This document shows positions 24,108 to 35,716 of a stretch of 42,862 nucleotides of DNA, one piece after another (position 1 is the stretch's first letter; every line of letters begins with the position of its first letter). The stretch lies in the NCBI RefSeq assembly GCF_004010195.1, contig NC_057719.1, positions 3,720,152 to 3,763,013 on the forward strand, read 5' to 3'. The notes under the pieces are model-generated. The model searched no databases. It saw only the letters and a program-made list of their open reading frames with translations, and was not told the DNA's origin. Made by a program: the position numbers and the translations under genes. The stretch is from Chiloscyllium plagiosum. Lineage: Eukaryota.

Positions 24108-25203
24108 TTAACTAGGATACTGTAAACCTTATTAGTTTCACTCTGCTCCCATCCTGTCACTTTCAGTGTTTCTGTGGTCTAATGTTCTTGACACAGTCCT
24201 TTCTTATTCAACACCAAAACATTAACAATGTTTACTATGAATGAAAACTTTCAACTGATTATTCCCTGATTAGTTTTGGGATGCGGAAGTATTATTAGGG
24301 TAACTCCTCAATGGTGCCTTACTAAGACCAACTAACTCAGCAGAGACTAGGAGAAGACTGCAATTTCATTTAGACCCAGATCAGATTTACTTATCTAAAG
24401 GACGTTATTGATCCAGTTTAACCTTTATGACAATCCATGGCTCCATTTTCATCAGTAGATACTTAATTTCAGATTTTTTGAAAATTGATTTCTGATTCCA
24501 CCATCTGCTGTGGTGGGATTTGAACCCAGGCATCTAGAACGTTAGCTGAGTCCCTGGATTAACAGCCTTGCAATTATACCACCAAGCCATCGTAACCCTG
24601 AATGTGTATCCTGATATCCATCCTCCAATCTTTGAACTCTGAACAATACGTTTATGGCCATTTTGCTGAGACTATTTTTACTATCAGCATTTTTAAAAAT
24701 GTGTTTATTCAGTGAAAGTATCATTCCTCAAGATTATTCAGCTAGACTCTAATAATCCATTAATGTGGATTATTCAGTGGCACACCTGGCTATACCATTA
24801 GCCAGTAGACTGGTGGTGTTTAATCCTCTGGTACGACTCCCGTGTCACAGCACACTGGTGAGCTGCGATGAGGTGGGAGGTGTGCTGTGGAATTTTCTGG
24901 GAGTTGTGCTGCTTATCTGAGCATCGAGACAGTGTCTGCGCCTCTGATCTCCTCTGGAGCCTTTATGTCTACTATTGAAGGCAGTATCTCTGACAACAGG
25001 CGCCCTGATCGACTGGGCTAGCACAAGCCTCCAGAGCAGCATATGCGTAGACTTGAAAAGAAGGGGGTATGCTATGGAATTGTTTGACTCATTCAATTGT
25101 GCCTTGATACTAAAAAGATTGGGGACCACTACAGTAAACCAATGGGAGCCATTAAAAGGTAGAGGAAGGGATGATATAAATCAACACGCTTCTTAGGCAG
25201 AGG

Positions 25204-25421
25204 CGAAAATGTGTTGCTGGAAAAGCGCAGCAGGTCAGGCAGCATCCAAGGAACAGAAGAATCGACGTTTTGGGCATAAGCCCTTCTTCAGGAAACATGA
25301 AGAAGGGCTTATGCCTGAAAGGTTGATTCTCCTGTTCCTTGGATGCTGCATGATCTGCTGCGCTTTTTCAGCAACACATTTTCGGCTCTGATCTCCAGCA
25401 TCTGCGGTCCTCACTTTTTCC
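25204..25421. mobile_element. Palindromic PLE pLTR insertion
   Basis: Arms of ~85 bp joined at back-to-back hammerhead cores; 15-bp TSD cttcttaggcagagg (25189-25203, 25422-25436). Confidence 0.88.
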
Positions 25422-25857
25422 CTTCTTAGGCAGAGGGCCAATCTTCCCACGGCATAATCATACAGTCGCAGAGTCATACAGTACAGAAGAAGCCATTCAG
25501 CCCATCAAGTCTGCACTGACAAAAACTACTCTCAATCTGCACTAGACCTATTTTTCTTGGTACATAGCTTTGAATGTTATGACACTTCAAGTTCTCATCC
25601 GAGTATTTTTGGAAGGTTACGAGCTTTCCAGCCTCCAGTACCCCCCCTGGCTGTGCATTCCAGATTCCCACCACACTCTGGGTGAAAAAGATGTTTCCTC
25701 AAATCTCTTCTAAATCTCCTGCCATCACCTTAAAGTTATGACCCCTCCCCCCCCCCGCCCCCCCCCCTTCTTGTTATTAACCCCTCAACTAAAGGGAATT
25801 TCTATCCACCAGTCCATGCCTCTCATAATCATATTCATCCCACTAAGGTCCCCTCTC

Positions 25858-27391
25858 GGCTCGAAAGAAAACGCTCAGGGAGAAGGTAGGGCGGATCAGG
25901 GGTAGTGTTGGGAACTTGTGCGTGGAGTCTGAGCAGATAGGAGAAGCGTTAAGCAAGATTTTTGCTTCAGCTTTCACTAAGGAAATGGATCTTGTTGTGA
26001 ATGAGAACTTTGAGGAGCTGGGATACAGGCTTGACCAGATCAAGATTGATGAAGTTGATGTGCTGGAAATTTTGGAAAACATTAAGATTGAGAAGTCCCC
26101 AGGGCCAGCCCAGATTTATCCTAGGTTGCTCCAGTAAGCGAGAAAGGAGGTTGCTAAGCTGTTGGCGAAGATCTTTGCCTCCTCACTCTCCACGGGAGTC
26201 GTACCGGAGGATTGGAAGGAGGTGAATGTTGTTCCTCTTTTCAAGAAAGGTAAAAGGAAAATCCCCGGCAATTACAGACCAGTCGGTTCTACGTCTGTGG
26301 TCAGCAAAGTTTTGGAAAGAATTCTGAGGGATAGGATTTATGACTATTTGACAAAGCATAGTGTGATTAAAGGCAGTCAGCATGGCTTTGTGAGGGGCAG
26401 GTCATGCCTCACAAATCTTATTGAGTTCTTTGAGGAGGTGACAAGACAGGTCAATGAAGGTTNNNNNNNNNNNNNNNNNNNNNNNNNNNNNNNNNNNNNN
26501 NNNNNNNNNNNNNNNNNNNNNNNNNNNNNNNNNNNNNNNNNNNNNNNNNNNNNNNNNNNNNNNNNNNNNNNNNNNNNNNNNNNNNNNNNNNNNNNNNNNN
26601 NNNNNNNNNNNNNNNNNNNNNNNNNNNNNNNNNNNNNNNNNNNNNNNNNNNNNNNNNNNNNNNNNNNNNNNNNNNNNNNNNNNNNNNNNNNNNNNNNNNN
26701 NNNNNNNNNNNNNNNNNNNNNNNNNNNNNNNNNNNNNNNNNNNNNNNNNNNNNNNNNNNNNNNNNNNNNNNNNNNNNNNNNNNNNNNNNNNNNNNNNNNN
26801 NNNNNNNNNNNNNNNNNNNNNNNNNNNNNNNNNNNNNNNNNNNNNNNNNCCACACTTGGAATATTGTGTCCAGTTCTGGTCGCCCTACCACAGGAAAGAT
26901 ACAGAGGCTTTGGAAAGGGTGCAAAGAAGGTTTACCAGGATGCTACCTGGACTGGAGGGCTTGCCTTATGAAGAGAGGTTGAATAAGCTCAAACTTTACT
27001 CTCTGGAGAGAATGAGGAAGAGAGGTGACCTGATCGAGGTATTCAAGATAATGAAAGAAATGCATAGAGTCAATAGCCAGAGACATTTCCCCAGGGCAGG
27101 ATTGACTGGTATGAGGGGTCTTAGTTTTAAGATATTAGGAGAAAGGTATAGAGAGGATGTCAGAGGAAGGTTCTTTACCCAGAGAGTTGTGAGTGCATGG
27201 AATGCGTTGCCAGCGGTGGTGGTGGAAGCAGAGTTATTGGGGACATTTAAGTGACTGCTGGACATGCACATGGATAGCAGTGAGTTGAGGGGTGCGTAAG
27301 TTAAGTTATTTTACTTTACATTAGGATTAACCCTAGGCACCACATTGTGGGCCAAAGGGCCTGTTCTGTGCTGTACATTTCTATGTTCTGT
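25858..27391 (+). mobile_element. CR1 LINE, same subfamily as 2878-4775, with a gap; abuts an older minus-strand CR1 3' fragment (~25480-25857)
   Basis: KSPGPAQIYPRLL, NVVPLFKKG, SQHGFVRGRSCLTNLIEFF, PHLEYCVQFWSP, FFTQRVVSAWNALP. Confidence 0.95.
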
Positions 27392-27421
27392 CCTGATCTT
27401 ATCCAACCATTCAGTACATAC

Positions 27422-27488
27422 CTGGTGGGCCTTTCTTCCAAAATGCAAAGACTGGTCATCAGACTCGGAACTGTTTGAACCAGTGGTG
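27422..27488 (-). CDS. AGBL3: AGBL3-like exon
   Basis: 67 nt, phase 2 to 0, acceptor ttctcctctcatttcag, donor CAG|gtatgt. (S)TTGSNSSESDDQSLHFGRKAHQ matches the S.GS.SS.S motif of CCP2/3. Confidence 0.88.
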
Positions 27489-28907
27489 CTGAAATGAGAG
27501 GAGAACTAATAAACATTTCACAAAGCACAACAACCCATTCTCCACATTGTCACTCGTGGTTCAACGGATAACATTCTCATCTCTGAGTCAGAAGGTTGTG
27601 AGCCCAAGAGACTTGAGTATGCATTCTAGACTGATATAGTACTGAGGGAGTGCCACACTTTTCTTTATTCTTTCATGGGAAGTAGGCATCATTGGCAAAG
27701 TTAGCATTTGTTGCCCATTACTGATAACCTTTGAACGGCAATTATAGAGGGCATTTTAGAGTCAACCACATTCATTTGGGTCTGAAATCACACATAGGCC
27801 AGACCAAGGAGGATGGCAGCTGGATGTACCTACAGGCAGGTATTACCTAACTACATTCCCTGCAGAGCATTAGAGGACCGGATCGATTTTTTTTCCCAAG
27901 AATTGATGATAGTTATCATGGTCACCACCACAGTGGTGATTCCAGATTTACGAATTGAATGTAAATTCTACCAGCTGCCATGGAAGGGTTTGAACCCATG
28001 CCTTTGGTGTCTGCATGATTAGTCCCGTGATATTACCACTGTGCCACCTTTTTGCACAGGTCTGTTCGGGAGGTTTCAACAGACATAATATTGGGCAATG
28101 GAAGTGATGCAGTAAATGTGCCCACAGTTAATTCACAGGATAACTTTTTAAAAAATATATTCATTGGACATGGGTGTTGCAACCATGCATGCTAAATGCT
28201 CTTGAGAATGTGACGGTGAGCTGCGTTCTCGAAGTTTTGCAGTCCTTGGAATGTGGAGCACCCAACATGCTGTTAGGGAGAGAGCTCCAAGATATTGACC
28301 CAGTAACACTGAAGAAACAGCAAGTCTGTCTGGTCAGTTGCTTGATGCAGTTAGCGGTACTCCCATATATGTGCATTGATTCCCTCAGTAAGGAAGGAGG
28401 GGGGAGGCAAATGCTAAACTTGTCTATCTTGAACATGATCCTAAGGCACCAATTCATGTATTTGGCAAAATGTTTTTGTCTATCTTGTGCTATTCCCTCG
28501 TCATTTATCCTCCAGGTAACCTAGCAAAGAATCACAGCGGACTCCAAATGGTAACTCTCTCTCCACTGATGCTGCCAGACCTGCTGAGTTTCTCCAGCAC
28601 GTCCTTATTTTTAAACATCTGAATACTATCAGGAGCAGTGTAAATCGAGCTTTCATATACTAATTCCCTCCACGTAGAGGGAAATGCTCATATTTGATTT
28701 GGCAAGTTGAAGACCCAGAACACTCAACGTGAGGAATCGAATGTCCAGTCTGGGCAATGACCTGGCCATAGTCTAAAGTGTTCTATAATCCCTGAAAATA
28801 TGAAATATACTGTGGTCCGCAAGGAAACACTGGAAACTTGATAGATGCCCAGTAAACAAAGGAGAGGGTGCCCTTTACTATAATCAGTAAAAAATATTGT
28901 CGCGTAC

Positions 28908-29035
28908 CTGGATTCGATATAGGATAGGATATCTCCCAGCGATGCATCAGAATCATACTTTGTACCAGACATCTCCATTTTGGCAGCAATATGTTCTTTT
29001 ATTTGGTTCTGCAACTGCCTTTTGCATTGGATGTA
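28908..29035 (-). CDS. AGBL3: AGBL3-like exon
   Basis: 128 nt, phase 0 to 2, acceptor tttgtctcctcaatag, donor CAG|gtacgc. YIQCKRQLQNQIKEHIAAKMEMSGTKYDSDASLGDILSYIES; in frame with both neighbours and ends in the CCP2/3 IESS motif. Confidence 0.9.
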
Positions 29036-29289
29036 CTATTGAGGAGACAAAGAATCAAAAAATGCATTTCATTAAATGACGGGGCATGAAGTCAGCAGCT
29101 TATTCTCCACTCTGTTCTCTATACAAGGTATTAAAATTAATGAAGTTGTATTTTTCAAAAGGCTGAAAGTAATGTGGATATAGCTTATGGATATTGTTCT
29201 TGTGGGAACAGGTTATGGTAGAGGAGATATGATGTTAGTTGGGATTTGAAATAGCAGTCTAGAAAACAAGACTGCATACATATTGGGAT

Positions 29290-29582
29290 AATAGAATTAC
29301 AGAAACAGGCCCTTCAGAGCAACAAGTCCACACTGATCCTCCGAAGTGTAACCCACCCAGACCCATTCCCCTACCCTTTTACTCTATATTTACCCCTGGC
29401 TAATGCATCTAACCTACACATCCATGAACACTATGAGCAATTTAGCATGGCCATTTCACTTAACCTGCACATCTTTGGACTGTGGGAGGAAACTGGAGCA
29501 CCCAGAGGAAACCCATGCAGACACGGGGAGAATGTGCAAACTCCACACAGTTGCCTGAGGCTGGAATTGAACCCGGGTTCAG
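29290..29582 (-). mobile_element. V-SINE (HE1-like), 5'-truncated
   Basis: V-domain gtgtggagtttgcacattctccccgtgtctgcatgggtttcc...cccacagtccaaagatgtgcagg on minus. Confidence 0.88.
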
Positions 29583-29634
29583 GAAATAAACATGGACACA
29601 TTTTGTATTGGTGATATTGGAACTGAGGTTCTAT

Positions 29635-30262
29635 AGATGTTAGAAAGAAAAACTTGGGATGTGAATTTGACTTGGTTTGGTTGATGAATGTGTGAAATAT
29701 GAGATTTGACAGGTTTTGGAATGAATAGTCAGGGATCCAAGGAATAGATGTGAAATTAGGCATATATTAACTGTGAGGTAAAAGCAATGACTAAAGATGC
29801 TGGAAACCAGATTCTGGATTAGTGGTGCTAGAAGAGCACAGCAGTTCAGGCAGCATCCAAGGAGCTTTGAAATCGACGTTTCGGGCAAAAGCCCTCAATC
29901 AGGCCTTTATTCCTGATGAAGGGCTTTTGCCCAAAACGTTGATTTCAAAGCTCCTTGGATGCTGCCTGAACTGCTGTGCTCTTCCAGCACCACCAATCCA
30001 GAATATATTAACTGTGAAGTCATTAGATGTTGAGATGTGAGATTGGAAAACTGTTGAGATGTAAGGTCAGTAGATTTTGGGATGTGAGATAGGGAATGTA
30101 TTGGGATGCAAGTTCAGTAGTTGTTGGGATGTAAGATTGGGAAAACGTCGGGATGTGAGGTTGGGAAAAAGTTGGAATGTGAGGTCAATAGATATTAGGA
30201 TTTGAGATTGGAAAAATATTGGTAAGTGAAGTTAGATAGGTGTCACAATGTAAAGATGGGTA
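29635..30262 (+). repeat. Degenerate ~22-bp minisatellite interrupted by a pLTR palindrome
   Basis: Recurring ttgggatgtgagattgggaaaa-like units on both sides of 29777-30002. Confidence 0.7.
29777..30002. mobile_element. Palindromic PLE pLTR insertion
   Basis: Arms of ~90 bp, back-to-back hammerheads at 29875-29902 (-) and 29913-29940 (+); 15-bp TSD atatattaactgtga (29762-29776, 30003-30017). Confidence 0.88.
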
Positions 30263-31244
30263 GACAATGAAATTATTAGTGTGGGATATGTCCATGCAAA
30301 AATACTCTATAAGAAACACAAAAAAAGATCAGGCAACATCTGTGGAGAGAGACCAAGAGCCAACATTTCAGGTCAATAATCTTCCATCAGAAGAAGTTTA
30401 CATTCTGGAGTCTGATTTCAATCTGAGGGACGGGGGGCACTTTGATGACCATTTTTCAAGCCTGCATAGATTAGTTGATTAAAAAAAAATTCTGCAGGGT
30501 GGAACAAAGCCATAGGATGTTCCAAGCTGTGTTTATCCAAAACATCCTTAGAGCTACTATATTGATGATAAAATTGGCCTCATTATCTGGAGTTGAGATG
30601 AGCAAAGCAAGTTTGTTTTCCTTTCAGTAACAGAATGTACACTTGTGTAGATTGTAGGAAGGAGATTGGACTGTTTTAGTCTTTGATCTTGCTCTCCTCC
30701 CAACACATCAAGTTTTCTGCCATACCACATTTATCATGTGAAAATGCCAGGTACAGGAGCATAGGAACAAGTGAGTTCAGCAGAAGAGGTAAGTTCTCCA
30801 TTTCCTTGTGTTCACACTGTCACTTAAATGTTCCATGTATTTGAGATGTTGATTTTAAAAAAAGACGTTGCATTTTTATGACAACTTCCTTGATCTCACA
30901 ACATCCCAAATTCCCCAACAGACAATGAAGCACTTTGAAAAGAGTAGTGACTTTTGTAATGCAGGAAATGCACCACAAGCAACAGTGAAACAATAACAAG
31001 ATAAACTGAGTGATTTGGTTTGAGGGATCTTCCCAGAGAGCAGGTAGTTCCCCTCTCTTCTTTCTTCACTAATACGATGGAATCTCCTAGATTCATCTGA
31101 GAAAGTATATATGGCCTCAGTTTGATGCTTAATTCAAGAGATTATACCTCACTGTGCAGTACTCCTTCAATACTCCTTCTGAAGAGTCAGCTTGGATTCA
31201 AGTTTACGACTGTAGAGTGAAACTTGAATTTGCAACCTTGACTG

Positions 31245-31529
31245 AATTCCCTACAGTGTGGAAACAGGCCCTTCGGCCCGACCAGTCCACACAGACCCTC
31301 CAAAGAGCAACCCACCCAGATCCATTTCCCCTCTGACTAATGCACCTAACACTACGGGCAATTTAACATGGCCAATTCACCTGCCCTGCACGTTTTTGGA
31401 CTGTGGGAGGAAACCCACGCAGACACGGGGAGAATGTGCAAACTCCACACAGATAGTCACCCAAGGCTGGAATCGAACTTGGGATCCTGGTGCTGTGAGG
31501 CAGCAGTGCTAACCACTGAGCCACCATGC
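31245..31529 (-). mobile_element. V-SINE (HE1-like), near full length
   Basis: A box TGGCTCAGTGG, B box GTTCGATTC, V-domain and CR1-like tail gggccgaagggcctgtttcc. Confidence 0.9.
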
Positions 31530-32079
31530 AGTATCATTGAGTCAGAAGCAATTGGTTCAATAGAAGCATTTCCCTTCTCTCCATTGCTACCTTCTCCGAA
31601 TATTTCCCTCAATTAAACACTCTACTCATTTCAAATTTATTAAAGGCTAAAATGTTTGCAGTTACTTTGATTGTTTTAACATCATTCAAACCATCTCTAC
31701 AAATAAGGTCCTTAAATTAAACTTTAAAACAAAGTCTGACACAGTCTCTGGACTGGTTTGGCAGAGTATCCAGTCTATGAAATGGATCCACATGTATTGA
31801 AAAACTAAAAGATCCAAAATTCATCCCATAACAGGGGCCTGAATTGAATAGAACTGTGAATGTTCTTACCCACTGACTGGAGAACTGGTGAGAAATTCCT
31901 GTCTGTTTTATGGGGCAGCCACTTAAATGGCCAGCATCAGTCAGGCCTTGCCAGGATTCAGAATCTCAGCAGCAGAAGTCCTGCTTGCCAAGAGCTGATG
32001 GCACTTTGAATAAGATTAGCATTTGAATACAATTAATACAGGCAGGCTACACCAACATATTTCCATTCTGCAAGTTTAC

Positions 32080-32180
32080 CTTGGACTGATCAGGATCACA
32101 GTAGTCCAACAGGGTGTCACAAAACTCAAAGCCCACTGATTCCAGATCGTTTACATTGAAATGGACGTCCCCACTGTTCC
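32080..32180 (-). CDS. AGBL3: AGBL3-like exon (end of the carboxypeptidase domain)
   Basis: 101 nt, phase 1 to 0, acceptor gtttcattgcag, donor AAG|gtaaac. (G)NSGDVHFNVNDLESVGFEFCDTLLDYCDPDQSK resembles recalled AGBL3 DLESMGYHFCDSLLDYCDPDRTK. Confidence 0.93.
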
Positions 32181-32683
32181 CTGCAATGAAACAATCAGAG
32201 TCAAGATTCAAATAGCTTATTTTCAATATGTTGCTTTGTTGGAGGAAATGGGGACTGGCTCCCACCATATGTTCACTGGCAATCCAACTGGAACAACTGG
32301 GAACTGAATCACCAACCTAATATTCCTTAAACAGGTTTGGAATTGAGCACCTGCCTATCCTTGCAAGATCATTGATTTTAAGGGGACAAGGCTAAAGAAA
32401 TTGGAATGGACTCCCCAAGACCAGCACCTTCTACATCCTCAGTTAGGTTTCTTTTTCTATTCATGCATATGATGTGGGCATCACTGGCTGGACCAGCATT
32501 AATTGCCCATCATTCGTTTCCCTTGAGATAATGAGTTTTCCTGTTGAACTGCTGCAGTCATTCTACTATAGGCAAATACAGACTGCCATTAGGGATGGAG
32601 ACCCAGGACTTTGACTCAGTGACACCAGAAGAACTGCAATATATTGGGACGTGTATCTCACCATGCGCACTTGATCAAAGCAC

Positions 32684-32880
32684 ACTTTGGAGATGCCAGT
32701 GTTGGACTGGGGTGTACAAAGTTAAAAATCACACAACACCAGGTTATAGTCCAACAGGTTTAATTGGAAGCACACTAGCTTTCGGAGCGACGCTCCTGAT
32801 GAAGGAGCGTCGCTCCGAAAGCTAGTGTGCTTCCAACTAAATCTGTTGGACTATAACCTGGTGTTGTGTGATTTTTAACT
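32684..32880. mobile_element. Palindromic PLE pLTR insertion, third family
   Basis: Near-perfect ~80-bp arms with CTGATGA at the apex; 13-bp TSD ttgatcaaagcac (32671-32683, 32881-32893). Confidence 0.85.
32796..32824 (+). ncRNA. Minimal hammerhead ribozyme motif, AGCT stem-III variant
   Basis: CTGATGA-A-GGAGC-GTC-GCTCC-GAAA-GC-TA. Confidence 0.72.
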
Positions 32881-33479
32881 TTGATCAAAGCACCACCTAG
32901 TGGTCTGGGCCAAGGTGGAAACAAATATTTCCCTAAGGATATGGGGGACAGATGAAAGCCACAATATATTCAGGTAGTAGGACTGCAAATTAAATATGTT
33001 TGTGAGGCTCCTGCGTACGTTAACAGTCATTTTAATCTTCATATAAAATGATAAACTCAGAGTTGCTTAGAATAGTATTTTCTGGGCTCAACAAGGGTCT
33101 AAGTTGCTATGGATCTGGTGTTATGCATAATTAACAATGTATTATGTATTGTTAGGAATCTCATATAAAGGGAATTTCCCACGAAGAGAGATCATAATTG
33201 CAAAAACTTTCACACTCAATTTCAAAATAATACACTTAATTCCAATAAAATTAAATAATCTAAATTAAATAAATCCAATTAGTTCGACAGAAGGAATGAA
33301 TTAGGTAGTGTCAGTTGGGAAATCAGATTAAAAGGTAGAAAGACATAACCAAAAATGTTAATAAACATACAAATTTTCTATGAATACATATTTCACTAAG
33401 CAATAAAAACTCTGTCACAAAAGTGATCATCTGTGGTTGCCAGAAGTGGTCAAAGATATATTAGATTCTAAAAGGAGTT

Positions 33480-34080
33480 TGTAACATAATCCAGAGGATT
33501 AGTAAACTTTAGGATTTGCTGAATTTAGAGATGCAGAAAGAATGACAAAAATTTGATGAATAGAGAGAATGTAGAATGTAATTCAATTAAACTAAAACCA
33601 AATTCTAAGAGTTTCTACAAGTGTGTAAAATGAAGAGAACAGATCATGTAAGTCTCAGTCCCTTAAAGACTGACATAGGATAAATAATAATTATCACAGA
33701 AAAGCGAGGGAGATACATCTGCTTTCAAAGTAAAAACACAAACAATCTAGAAATAAAGAGGAACTTGGAGTCTAATAATCTAATAATTAATAATAGTAAA
33801 GTAAAATTGCTATAGAAATTAGTGGGACTAAAAGCTAACAAATCTCCAGGGATGTGATGGATTACGTCTCAATGTTGTACAGAGGTAGCTGCAGAGAATG
33901 TAATCTTCCAGAATCCCTCAGATTCTAAATAATCCCCATAACTTGTAAAATAGTGAAGACAATTTTGTTGCTCAATAAAGGACAGAGTGAGAATACCAGA
34001 GAGTTAAATGCCAGTTTGTTTGACATCTACTGTTGGAAAATTCTAGAATTAAATCTTAGAGATGTAATGACAGGACACTA
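33480..34080 (+). mobile_element. Ancient, AT-drifted CR1 fragment
   Basis: Relics of KLVGLKANKSPG.DGL and of the TSTVGKILE region. Confidence 0.55.
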
Positions 34081-34597
34081 TGGACGCAGACCAGATCAGT
34101 AGCAATCTAGCCTGCAGGTGGTTCTGGAAATGGCCTGTTTCCACACTGTAGGGAATCTAATCTAATCAAAATTATTATTCTAAGCACCTGTCACATGCCA
34201 TGAGCCCATTTTTCAAACTAATGTTGTCAATCTGATTTTGCCATTTTATATGAAATCCCCTGTAATTATTGAATTACCTTTAACTCCTCTTGCATATTGA
34301 ATCATACTCTAAGTAACTGTATAGCTACTTCCACCAGTGTATCTTTAAAAGGTGTTCATTCACAGGAATTAGGCTTCACTAGCTAGGCTAGTATTTCATA
34401 TCCATCTCTAATTGCTCAGGAGGCAGTTAAAACTCAACCACATTGTTGTGGGTCTGGAGTAACATGCAGTCCAGTTCACATTAGGATGGCAGTTTCCGTC
34501 CAGAAAGGGCATTAGTGAACCAGATGGTGTTCTCCAACAATCAACAATGGATTCATGTCATCATTAGATTCTTAATTGCCAATTCTTATTGAATTCA

Positions 34598-35102
34598 AAT
34601 TCCACTAACTGCTATGGCAAGATTCGAACTTGGATCCCCAGAACATTTATCTGGGTCACTGGATTGATAGAAGGAAGTGAGGCCCGCAGATACCGGAAAT
34701 TCAAGGGTCGAATTGTAAATGGGAAGGCATTAGCCTAGTAGTATTATTGCTAGACTATTAATTCAGAGAGTTGAAAAGGGTGGCACTAGAAAAGCACAGC
34801 AGATCAGGCAGCATCCGAGGAGCAGGAGAATCGACGTTTTGGGCATAAGCTCTTCATCAGGAATGTCGATTCTTCTGCTCCTCGGATGCTGCCTGACCTG
34901 CTGTGCTTTTCTAGTGCCACCCTTTTCAACTCTCTGAATTAATAGTCCAGCAATAATACTACTAGGCTAATGCCTTCCCATTTACAATTCGACCCTTGAA
35001 TTTCCGGTATCTGCGGGCCTCACTTCCTTCTATCAATCCAGTGACCCAGATAAATGTTCTGGGGATCCAAGTTCGAATCTTGCCATAGCAGTTAGTGGAA
35101 TT
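34598..35102. repeat. 238-bp near-perfect inverted repeat with a hammerhead in the 29-nt loop
   Basis: 34598-34835 is the reverse complement of 34865-35102 with about 3 mismatches by eye. Confidence 0.92.
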
Positions 35103-35716
35103 AAAAGTCCAGCAATAATACTACTAGGCTAATGCCTTCCCATTTACAATTACAAACACAGGCCATTCAACCCAAAAGGCCTATGTTGGTATTAGGTGCA
35201 TTTTATGTGAGCCTCCTCCAACTTTACTTCATCTCAAACTATCAGCATGTCCCTCTATTCTTTTCTCTTGCATGTATCTATCTGGCCTCCCCTTAAATAC
35301 CTCTGGCTATTTGCAACGATGGCTTCACATGGTGATGAGTTGCTAATGACACTTCAGGTAAAGATATCTCTTTTAAATTTTTGATTGGATTTATTGGTGA
35401 TTATCTTACATTTATGACTCTGAGCTTTTGACTCTCCTAGATATGAAAACGCCTTCTCTTCCTCTACCCCATCAAACTCCTCCATAATTTTAAGGATTTC
35501 TATTAGTCTTTAGTCTCTCTGCTCTAGACAAATGAAATATTCTTCTATGATAATGTAGTAAAAAAATGACTACACATCAATATATTAATATATGCATTTC
35601 TCCTATCATTGTGTCTTCACACACTCCATTATCCCACAACACAATGGATCACAAACCCTTGATTTCTCAATCCATAAACAGATTGAGGTAGTTCTGCTCT
35701 GATATACTGCTCTTAC

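Noticed and set aside
29635..30262. Periodic repeats suggesting a CRISPR-like array
   Set aside because: Degenerate head-to-tail minisatellite with no unique spacers, in a eukaryotic intron.
31470..31529. tRNA-like A and B boxes
   Set aside because: SINE head continuous with the V-domain; not a tRNA gene.
25204..32880. Palindromes read as DNA-transposon MITEs, pre-miRNAs or terminators
   Set aside because: Arms are unequal, TSDs are 13-15 bp, and the arm sequence at 25204 matches the pLTR attached to PLE coding fragments at 6678 and 20097; they are retro-derived.
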